Translations under genes and position numbers: made by a program
Notes under the pieces: generated by a model
Told to the model about the DNA's origin: nothing
The model's database searches: none
Seen by the model: only the letters and a program-made list of their open reading frames with translations
From: Candidatus Hydrogenedentota bacterium
Lineage (GTDB): Bacteria > Hydrogenedentota > Hydrogenedentia > Hydrogenedentales > SLHB01
Direction: 5' to 3'
NCBI GenBank assembly: GCA_963674865.2
Contig: CAXXYE010000007.1
Location: 320,001-384,000 of the forward strand
DNA: 64,000 nucleotides
Shown here: positions 56,360-64,000 of the stretch, in pieces
Numbering within the stretch: position 1 is the first letter of the stretch
How the letters are laid out: the number at the start of each line of letters is the position of its first letter

Positions 56360-58675
56360 ATGAAGCAACTCGCCGGAAACATCGGATTGCGCGAAGCGCT
56401 GGTGATAACGGCCATACTCGTCGGACTGTTGGCCTGTGCCTTCCCCGGCGTATTCCTGCGCGGCGAGATGGCGGCCCCGGGTGACTTCGCGGCGGGCCTG
56501 TCCCCCTGGGATAACTGCGACGACGACGTTATCGAGCAGCCGTATACCTCGCCTCTGCACGACATCTACTGTCAGTTCTACCCTTACTATATTCTGACGC
56601 GGGAGGCCCTGGCCGACGGGGAATGGCCGCTATGGAACGCTTTCGGCTATGGCGGCATGCCCCTCCTCGCCAACGCGCAGAGCGCCGTATTCTATCCTCC
56701 ACGCCTTGTTCACGCCGTGACCAGCGATGTGCCCCTCGGCACCACGATTCACATACTCCTCAAGCTCCTCCTCTGCGGCCTGACCGCCTACGTGTGCGTG
56801 CGCGGCCTGGGCCTACGCCGCCTCTCGGCCCTCTTCATGGCCGTCGCCTGGATGTTCAGCAGCTACAACTTCGTGTACCCCTTCTGGTTGATGGCCGACG
56901 TGTGCGCGTGGGTGCCGCTGCTGTTTCTGGCCGTTGAACGCGCCCTTCAAGGCCGCTATCGCACGGCCTTCTGCCTCACCGCATTCAGCGCAACGCTCAT
57001 GCTTCTCGCGGGCCATCCTGAAACCGTCTTCATCATGAGTCTTGGCGTTGGCCTCTACTTCGTGTTCCGCGTCGTCATTGAGCGTCGCAATGACGCGCGA
57101 TTGTGGAAGCCCGGCGTGGTCCTGCTCGCGGCCTGGATCGTGGCCTTGCTCGCCTCGGCCGCCCAGTTGCTCCCCTTCCTCGAATATCTCCAGAACAGCC
57201 TCACGTTCCAGATGCGGACGTCCAATGCACATTACGACGCGTCCGTTGGCCTCAGCATCGTAACGGCGGCTTGGATTCCACGGTTTTTCGGAACGGGCGC
57301 GGAGAACAACGTCTGGGGTGAATGGGATAAGATGACCATCGCCCTGATCTACCCGGGCGTAGCGGTATGGCTTGGGGCGGCCTTGGCGCTACGCCGGAAA
57401 TCGCAGGACTCCCTATGGAACAGGCGCACGCTCTCGCTGGCCTTGGTGACTTTGTGCTGCGTGCTCGCGGCTTACGACCTGCCCCCCTTCCAATTTGTGC
57501 GCTACCTGCCGATCTTCGGCTCGGCCAATATGCACTTCTACCTGGCATTCCTCATGTTTGCCCTGCCGCTCATCGCCACCCTCGCCCTCGACCGCTGGCT
57601 CGGAGAGCGACCCAAGCTCGCCTCGCTGGCGGGGCCGCTGCTCGTGGCGCTGCTTCTCGCCGGCGCCACGGCGGCCGTCTATAGCCTGCACAAAGAAGCC
57701 ATCTCCGAGGCGGGCATGACGGAATACGTTACCCATCAGATGATTGTCGCTGCGCTGCTGGCCCTTTCCGTACTGTTGTTGAGCGCGGGGCACTGTATCA
57801 TTCCGAACAGACGCATTTTCGCGCTTCTATTCGCCGCAGTACTGGCTTTTGACCTCCTTTTTGCCGTCCGGGGCCCAAGCCGCACCGCGCCGCGCGAAGC
57901 CGTCATTCCGGATACGCCGGTGACGGACTTTCTGCAAGCCGGCGATCCGGCCGCGATTACCTCGACCGTCGACTCTTTCATACCGGAGGGGCTGTTGAAT
58001 AACTACGGCCTGCATCAGTACCGCGGACGCGACGGGATGCTGCCCGAGCGCTGGCCGAAATTTATGCAGTTTGTCAACGGCGAGGATGTGGTCAAGTACT
58101 TTGTCGTTGACAAGCGTCTGAACGACCCGATTCCGGCTGGGAAACAGACTGTTTGGAAGCCCGTAGCGGACCTCGACTGCCTGACGGTATACGAGAACAC
58201 GCAGCGCCTGCCGCAGGTTCTGCTCTTCCCCAAGGTGGAGGTGATCCCGAGCGCCGATATGATGTTCGACGAGTTCGACGGCCAGGTCTTTGCACCGGAG
58301 GATATCGCCTTTCTGGAAAGCCCACTCGAAGAGCCGCTTCCCGAGACCACCGCGACGGAGATCGGCCATGGCGAGGTGGTCGAGCGTCATTCAACCCACG
58401 TCCGCGTCAAGGCCTCAGCGACGCAGGACTGTATACTGACGCTGCTCGAGGGCTACTACCCGGGATGGACGGCGGCCATCGACGGTGAACCGGCGGCCCT
58501 CTTCCCCGTGGACTATGCTTTCCGCGGCGTGCGCTTCCCGGAGGGCGAGCACGATGTGGACTTTGTGTACAGGCCGGCCAGTTTCCGCATCGGCCTTGTC
58601 CTCTCGACGATTACGCTCCTGTTCAGCGTGCTGGCCGGTTTCTATGCGCTGGCGCGGCGCGGGAAGGCAGCGTGA
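56360..58675 (+). CDS. YfhO-family polytopic membrane protein (GT-C-like)
   Basis: WPLWN..GGMPLLANAQSAVFYPP; many TMs; YYPGWTAAIDG..FRGV..GEHDVDFVYRP. Confidence 0.85.
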   Translation: MKQLAGNIGLREALVITAILVGLLACAFPGVFLRGEMAAPGDFAAGLSPWDNCDDDVIEQPYTSPLHDIYCQFYPYYILTREALADGEWPLWNAFGYGGMPLLANAQSAVFYPPRLVHAVTSDVPLGTTIHILLKLLLCGLTAYVCVRGLGLRRLSALFMAVAWMFSSYNFVYPFWLMADVCAWVPLLFLAVERALQGRYRTAFCLTAFSATLMLLAGHPETVFIMSLGVGLYFVFRVVIERRNDARLWKPGVVLLAAWIVALLASAAQLLPFLEYLQNSLTFQMRTSNAHYDASVGLSIVTAAWIPRFFGTGAENNVWGEWDKMTIALIYPGVAVWLGAALALRRKSQDSLWNRRTLSLALVTLCCVLAAYDLPPFQFVRYLPIFGSANMHFYLAFLMFALPLIATLALDRWLGERPKLASLAGPLLVALLLAGATAAVYSLHKEAISEAGMTEYVTHQMIVAALLALSVLLLSAGHCIIPNRRIFALLFAAVLAFDLLFAVRGPSRTAPREAVIPDTPVTDFLQAGDPAAITSTVDSFIPEGLLNNYGLHQYRGRDGMLPERWPKFMQFVNGEDVVKYFVVDKRLNDPIPAGKQTVWKPVADLDCLTVYENTQRLPQVLLFPKVEVIPSADMMFDEFDGQVFAPEDIAFLESPLEEPLPETTATEIGHGEVVERHSTHVRVKASATQDCILTLLEGYYPGWTAAIDGEPAALFPVDYAFRGVRFPEGEHDVDFVYRPASFRIGLVLSTITLLFSVLAGFYALARRGKAA

Positions 58676-58684
58676 TCGCGGGCG

Positions 58685-59920
58685 TCACTTCTTCCGCGCG
58701 TAGAAACGGGCCACTTTCGTCAATGCGTGGGCGATATCGTCGACATCGCTGACGCTCATGCACTGGTTGATGGGACATCGCCACGAGGTGGCTTCGATCG
58801 CCTCCGCCACCGGACACATGCCCGGCCCATACTTCACCTTCCGCCCGTACTTGCCATCCCACGGGAAGGAGCAACCAGCGAACGCACGATGCTCGGCGAG
58901 AACCGGATATTCATACACCATCTTGCCGATGTACCCGCCGCTTACCGGTACGCCCTCCGCCGCAACGGCCGCGACAAACTCATCGCGCGATACCTTGAGC
59001 CGCTTCGGATCCATCCGCCCCATGTAGAACCAATACGAGCTGCGGCATCCCGGCAGTACTTTGTGCGGACGTATACCGGGCGTGCCCTTGAGCCGCTCCG
59101 TTAGGCGATCGCCCAACGTGTTGCGCTGCGCGATGATGCCCGGCAGTTTTCGCAATTGAGCCAGGGCCACCGCCCCATGAAGCTCGCTCGGGCGATAGTT
59201 GGGAGCGAGAAACGGAGGTCTTCGCCCGGTGCCGTCACGCGAATAGCCTTTGTCCAGGTAGAGCTGGCAAAGCTCGGCGTAGGCGTCGTCATTCGTGACC
59301 ACCATGCCCGCGTCGCCGGCGCTGATGTGCTTGAAGTCATTCAACGAGAAACAGCCGATATCGCCGAGTGTCCCGGCCAGCCGGCCCTTGTACCAGCAGA
59401 GATAACTCTGGGCGCAGTCCTCGATCACCTTGAGCTTATGCTTTCCCGCGATGCGCAAGATCGGCGTCATATCGGCGGCGTTGCCCGCGAGATGAACCAC
59501 GATGATGGCCTTCGTCTTCTTGGTGATGTGCTTCTCGATGCCCTTCGGGTCGATGTTGTAGGTGTGAGGATCCAAGTCCGCAAACACCGGCACGCCGCCC
59601 TGTGCGAGAATGGCGATCACCGTGCCCTGATCCGTCATCGGCGCGGTGATCACCTCATCGCCAGGCCCGACGCCGACGGCCGCCGTAGCCACGTGGAGCG
59701 CCGCCGTGCCGCTCGTGACCATGTGGCAGTGCTTGACGCCGTAAGTCATGGCGAACTGCCGCCGGAAGGTCTTCACCTTCTCGCCGTACCAGTAGAAGAG
59801 CGTCTGCTGATCCAGCGCCTCCTTGAGTTCCTTCAGTTCATCGTCATCGAACCGCGGGCCCGAGGTCGTCATCGGTTCCGCCCGCACTTTCTCGCCGCCG
59901 TTGATAGCCAGTTCGTCCAT
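58685..59920 (-). CDS. DegT/DnrJ/EryC1/StrS PLP-dependent aminotransferase
   Basis: SGTAALH, IEDCAQS, FSLNDFKHISAGDAG. Confidence 0.93.
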   Translation of the reverse strand: MDELAINGGEKVRAEPMTTSGPRFDDDELKELKEALDQQTLFYWYGEKVKTFRRQFAMTYGVKHCHMVTSGTAALHVATAAVGVGPGDEVITAPMTDQGTVIAILAQGGVPVFADLDPHTYNIDPKGIEKHITKKTKAIIVVHLAGNAADMTPILRIAGKHKLKVIEDCAQSYLCWYKGRLAGTLGDIGCFSLNDFKHISAGDAGMVVTNDDAYAELCQLYLDKGYSRDGTGRRPPFLAPNYRPSELHGAVALAQLRKLPGIIAQRNTLGDRLTERLKGTPGIRPHKVLPGCRSSYWFYMGRMDPKRLKVSRDEFVAAVAAEGVPVSGGYIGKMVYEYPVLAEHRAFAGCSFPWDGKYGRKVKYGPGMCPVAEAIEATSWRCPINQCMSVSDVDDIAHALTKVARFYARKK

Positions 59921-60227
59921 GCCGCCCTCCGGTAGTTTCGGGTGCTCAACGCTCAGTGCCTGTCAAGGAATGGCAGAGAAAAAGGGGACATGTTCAAAGC
60001 GCCGTCCCCGGCGCGACTGAGGGTGCGGCCAGAAAGCGACCGCACAACGGGCACCAAGGTTCTTGGCGTCAAGATGGAAGAATTTACCGGCGCTTTCTGG
60101 CTGCGCCCCGCCAGGAATGCCGCTTTCAAGCCAGACTCCTACGTGTCCCCTTTCCGGCACTCCTGCTTCCCGTACATTACCAAGTCTGATCGCCTCGCAA
60201 GAATAGCACATCCGCCCGTCTTCTCTC

Positions 60228-61676
60228 TCAGTTGGATTGTCCATCGCCGTCGAGGCGGCGCAGGATATCCCAGTACGCGCCGCGCGCCCCGGCCTGGATG
60301 GCCTGGGAGAGCACCGAGTTGTCATTGTAGTTGTAGTTGCCGTCCAGTTCATTCGGATTGGCGTGCAAGAAACGCCGATCACCTTTCACCAACGCGCTCA
60401 CGCAATCGAAGATGTCCTCCCCGATGCCCGCGTCCACGTAGAATATCGGACGCAAGAGTTGCTCGTTGTCTTCGATGTTGCCGTGGAGGTGCGGATTCCC
60501 CTTCAGCGGCCCCTGCGATCTTACCAGGCGCGCCAGCGGCGTGTGGGGGAAGATGCGCACGCCGCAAGACAAACCGACGCGGTCGGCATCGAGCGCGCGC
60601 ATCGCATCGATGGCCCGGCTGATGGACTCCTTCGTTTCACCCGGCCCGCCGAAGAGCATATCGAACATGAAGACGAGACCCGTCGCGCGGCATGCGCAGG
60701 CCGTTCGCTCGACGTCCTCCGAGGAGTACATGCGGCCGAGGCGGCGGAGCATGGCCTCTTCGGTGTGGTCGACGCCGAAATCGATTCCGACGCAGCCGGC
60801 CGCCGCCATGGCTTGAGCCAGTTCCTCGTCAAACGGCGCAGGACTCGCGTAGGCATACCATTTCACGTGTTCCGCCACGCCTGAGCGCACAAGCTCCGCA
60901 CATACTGCGTGGGCGTGTTCCGCCGGCAGGTTGAACTCGCTATCGCAGAGGTGGACGACGTCCACGCCCTGTTCCAGCAGCGCCTCGAACTCCCGCACCA
61001 CGTCTTGCGGCGCGCGCAGGCGGATGCGCCGGCCGAGGGCCGTCGGCTCCGGGCAGTAGATGCAGGCGCGATCGCAGCCGCGCTTCGTCTCGATGCCGGC
61101 CTGGCCGCCCTCGCGGTAGTAGCGCACATTGTCAATATGGCGCCGCGTGCGCGGCAGGGGAGCGGAGGTATCCTGTTGAGCGGGCGCCCCGACAACCATC
61201 TGGCCGTCCGCACGAAATACCGCTCCAGGCACGTCCAGCAGATCCCGCTTCCCCGCCATCGCCTCGAGCAATAAGGGAAAGGTCGAAGCGCCGTCGCCGA
61301 TGATCCCGTAATCCGCTCCGGTGTAGGCCAGTGTCTGCCCCGGAGCTACCGAGAAGCCGATGCCTCCCAGGACAACAGGTGCTTCCGTCTGCCCCTGGAT
61401 GTGACGGATAATATCCATTGTGGAATCGAGGATGAAGTCCTGGCTCGCGAAATAGCAGTCATCGAGATTGCGCACCGAGACGCCCACGGCCAATGGCGAA
61501 GTGTCCGCCAGGGCGTCGTTGAGCGTTTGCCGCCAGTCCTCGGCGAAGGTGAGGTCGCACATCACCGGCTCGTAGCCGGCCTGCATAAGGCCGTCGGCCA
61601 CATAATCCAGGCCGATCGGCCCGATAGGGGGGCGCATCAGATTGGGATTGACTAATACAACCGTCTTTTCCGGCAT
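60228..61676 (-). CDS. Cobalamin-binding radical SAM protein
   Basis: Start MPEKTVVLVNPN; PIGLDYV, VVLGG; TKRGCDRACIYC (CxxxCxxC); GGPGET. Confidence 0.9.
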   Translation of the reverse strand: MPEKTVVLVNPNLMRPPIGPIGLDYVADGLMQAGYEPVMCDLTFAEDWRQTLNDALADTSPLAVGVSVRNLDDCYFASQDFILDSTMDIIRHIQGQTEAPVVLGGIGFSVAPGQTLAYTGADYGIIGDGASTFPLLLEAMAGKRDLLDVPGAVFRADGQMVVGAPAQQDTSAPLPRTRRHIDNVRYYREGGQAGIETKRGCDRACIYCPEPTALGRRIRLRAPQDVVREFEALLEQGVDVVHLCDSEFNLPAEHAHAVCAELVRSGVAEHVKWYAYASPAPFDEELAQAMAAAGCVGIDFGVDHTEEAMLRRLGRMYSSEDVERTACACRATGLVFMFDMLFGGPGETKESISRAIDAMRALDADRVGLSCGVRIFPHTPLARLVRSQGPLKGNPHLHGNIEDNEQLLRPIFYVDAGIGEDIFDCVSALVKGDRRFLHANPNELDGNYNYNDNSVLSQAIQAGARGAYWDILRRLDGDGQSN

Positions 61677-61806
61677 GGCCACTGCTCCTCCTCGGTGAGG
61701 TGCAACTTTACTACGAATCGCTGGAAAACGCGACTTGGCCGCTGTGGGACGTCGAATCCATTGCCCCGAGTGACGAGTCGATCTGGCGGCGCAGGGCCGG
61801 ACTTCG

Positions 61807-61951
61807 TCTGCTTTGAGATCTGAAATCTGAGATCCCGCTTCTCCGGCCGTTCCCCGTCGGTGCCGTTTTCGTGACGAGGACAGCCGTTCCCGCCCGAGTA
61901 CGATACCGTGTCCTCGCCGAGCAGGTTCTCCACCTCGCGGCGCAGGGCGTC
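61807..61951 (-). repeat. Diverged duplicate of the dnaE 3' end and downstream flank (63421-63566)
   Basis: Shared GGTTCTCCACCTCGCGGCGCAGGGCGTC and TCTGCTTTGAGATCT; encodes DALRREVENLLGEDTV.YSGGNG.PRHEN. Confidence 0.9.
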
Positions 61952-62085
61952 GAGCGACCTTGAAACCGGCGACCGGTACCTCTAGTATAGGAAGCTTTCC
62001 TGCTTGCGACAGGCGCAGGCGGTTCCGTGCGGGGAATCTCAGATGAGGAAACCACGCAACCGGTGTTAGCAGGAGAGGGCCCATT

Positions 62086-62337
62086 ATGAAAACGATCAAG
62101 TTTTATGGCCACTTCGCGGCTGCCTATGGGAGTCTGTGGATCTTCTTCTTCCTTCTCGCGTTCATTACACAGTCCCGCATCCATCTCGGTGCCTGCGGTT
62201 TCTTCGGATTTCCTTTGGTGAGTGCCGTCTACGCGCACCTGAGAATGAAGGATGATCCCCGATTGAGTCGGATAATTGAGCAGGCCGGACGTAAGATTGA
62301 TCTCCTGATCGGGAGAAGTCCAGGAGATGAAGCATGA
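62086..62337 (+). CDS. Small two-TM membrane protein
   Basis: AGGAGAGG SD; two hydrophobic segments. Confidence 0.6.
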   Translation: MKTIKFYGHFAAAYGSLWIFFFLLAFITQSRIHLGACGFFGFPLVSAVYAHLRMKDDPRLSRIIEQAGRKIDLLIGRSPGDEA

Positions 62338-62566
62338 ACGGCTACCATCGTATAGGCTGGACTGGCGCCGCCCATGCGAATGGCGCCAAGCGGCAAGGCG
62401 CTGCATGGCCCGCGAAGCGCGCAACTGGCGATACAGAGCAGTCCACTTTCGTGCAGCAGTTCGGCCCTCTAAGGATAGTGAATAGGCTACCGGACTTGTA
62501 GTCTCGCCTGTCCCGATCGCCGTTTCCGACCTCGCAGGCTCTACGCCACCCTGTGGATGATCTTCG

Positions 62567-63430
62567 ATGAGCAGTATCGAACACGCCGAGGAATCCAGCC
62601 GCCTTCCGAAATCCGCCCGCACCGAGCAGCTTCGAGCGGGATTGGAGCGTCTGTACGAAGCATACAACCGCCCCTGTTTTGTCGAGCCGGACCCGCTTCA
62701 ATTCTTGCGTCAATACGCCGACCCGCTCGATCGCGAGGTGGCGGGCATCATCGCTTCCTCGCTCGCTTTCGGGCAGGTGGCGCAGATCATCGCCGGCGTC
62801 CAAAGCGTGCTGGATCGCATGGCGGCCCCAAGGGCCTTTCTCCTTCGCGCGACGCGCCCGTCCCTCGCCCGCGCATTCACGGATTTCCGCCACCGATACG
62901 TCACGGGACGTGAACTCGCGGATATGCTATGGGGCGTCCGAAGCGTGCTCGCGCGTCATGGCTCGCTGGGGCGCTGCTTCACGGCGTGTCTCGCCTCAAG
63001 CGACGACACCGTGCTTCCGGCGTTGACGCAGTTTGTCGATTGTCTGAGGGAGGATTCAACGATGCCGCGCAACTACCTGCTCCCCTCTCCACGGCGCGGC
63101 AGCGCCTGCAAGCGACTCAACCTCTTTCTGCGGTGGATGGTGCGCCGCGACGAGGTCGACCTCGGCGGCTGGGACGGCGTGTGCCCCGCGCTGCTCATCG
63201 TGCCCATCGATACGCACATGCACCGGTTCGCGAAGGCACTTGGATTGACGACGAGGAAACAGGCCGATATGCGTACTGCCCTCGAAGTCACGGCCGGCTT
63301 CCGCCGCTTCGCGCCGCACGACCCCGTGCGCTTCGATTTCGCGCTCACGCGTCTTGGCATACGAAAAGACGCAAACTCCGAGGCTCTCTTAAATGCCCTC
63401 GGCCTGTCGGCCGGCCCCCATCTGCTTTGA
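62567..63430 (+). CDS. TIGR02757/DUF2400-family protein
   Basis: DPLQF, DREV, LAFG, SACKRLNLFLRWMVR, PIDTH, DPVRFDFAL. Confidence 0.9.
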   Translation: MSSIEHAEESSRLPKSARTEQLRAGLERLYEAYNRPCFVEPDPLQFLRQYADPLDREVAGIIASSLAFGQVAQIIAGVQSVLDRMAAPRAFLLRATRPSLARAFTDFRHRYVTGRELADMLWGVRSVLARHGSLGRCFTACLASSDDTVLPALTQFVDCLREDSTMPRNYLLPSPRRGSACKRLNLFLRWMVRRDEVDLGGWDGVCPALLIVPIDTHMHRFAKALGLTTRKQADMRTALEVTAGFRRFAPHDPVRFDFALTRLGIRKDANSEALLNALGLSAGPHLL

Positions 63431-63476
63431 GATCTCAAATCTGAGATCCCGTTCTTTCCGTCGCGCGCCCGTCAGT

Positions 63477-64000
63477 TCAGTTTTCGTGACGAGGCAGGCC
63501 GTTGCCGCCCGAGTACCATACGGTGTCCTCGCCGAGCAGGTTCTCCACCTCGCGGCGCAGGGCGTCTGACGGCGCGCAGCGGCATGAGCCCGCCGCGTGG
63601 ATCGTGTACTCGTTGTTCTCCGGCGTCACGCAGTGCAGGTAAACATCGCAAGGCCCCGGCTTGGCGTCGAGTACCTCCGCAAGCTGCTGCACCAGGATCT
63701 CGTCCAAGCCTACCGTGCTCACCCGGACGTGTACGGCGCGCGTGAGCAGGCGCTCGGCGTCTTCGATGGGCACCACGCTCGAAGCAATGAGCCCGGCCTC
63801 GTCATTGCGGTAGTTCACACGCGCGGGAATCATCACAATCATGTCCGTGACGAACATGCCCGCGTGTTCCTCGTAGAGATCCGAGAACACAGTGATCTCG
63901 CACGGGCCGTCGAGCGTCTCCAGTGTCACGAAGGCCATCTTCCGGCCCCGCGATGTCACTACGATCCTTGAGCCCGTGATGATGCCTCCAACTGTCACCT
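63477..64000 (-). CDS. dnaE: DNA polymerase III alpha subunit, C-terminal part (partial)
   Basis: OB fold VGGIITG..GRKMAFVTLETLDG..VFSDLY; CTD PGPCDVYLH..LRREVENLLG. Confidence 0.88.
   Translation of the reverse strand, partial: VTVGGIITGSRIVVTSRGRKMAFVTLETLDGPCEITVFSDLYEEHAGMFVTDMIVMIPARVNYRNDEAGLIASSVVPIEDAERLLTRAVHVRVSTVGLDEILVQQLAEVLDAKPGPCDVYLHCVTPENNEYTIHAAGSCRCAPSDALRREVENLLGEDTVWYSGGNGLPRHEN

Noticed and set aside
1..64000. DGR reverse transcriptase, Avd or template repeat inside the window
   Set aside because: No ORF with RT motifs (YxDD in RT context) and no AAC-rich copy of the VR seen by eye; the GTTGTTGTT near 1657 is just a Gln run in the FHA gene.

Overview
GC-rich bacterial DNA. 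PASTA/InlB-B lipoproteins, kinase-WD40, FGE-domain and YfhO genes suggest a Hydrogenedentota/PVC-like host (inference only). Positions 1-45,300 form an almost entirely minus-strand signalling and envelope island. It holds 7 Hanks-type Ser/Thr kinases, 5 FGE/SUMF1 (C-type-lectin fold) domains, FHA, SPFH, WD40, PASTA/LamG and PEGA proteins, and a COG3014/LpoB/YcfL-like lipoprotein cluster. Two systems stand out. (1) Three kinase-TM-FGE receptor genes (ending 7182, 33678, 36774) have 3' ends that differ almost only at codon positions 1-2 of NNC/NGG codons. They share an invariant 3' tail and a GC hairpin 35 nt past the stop. This is the signature of diversity-generating retroelement (DGR) variable repeats; no template repeat or reverse transcriptase is visible in the window. 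(2) An operon at 41.5-45.2 kb encodes a Zn-finger/winged-helix-like protein, two ~215-aa Snf7/ESCRT-III-like proteins with MIM1-like tails and a single-ring AAA+ ATPase with a MIT-like N-terminus, a candidate bacterial ESCRT-III/Vps4 module. Next come a PICI/satellite-like integrative element (45.4-52.0 kb), a REP-like 219-bp tandem repeat, and housekeeping genes ending in the 3' part of dnaE, whose 3' end is duplicated 1.6 kb away. All family calls are by motif recognition; no searches were run.
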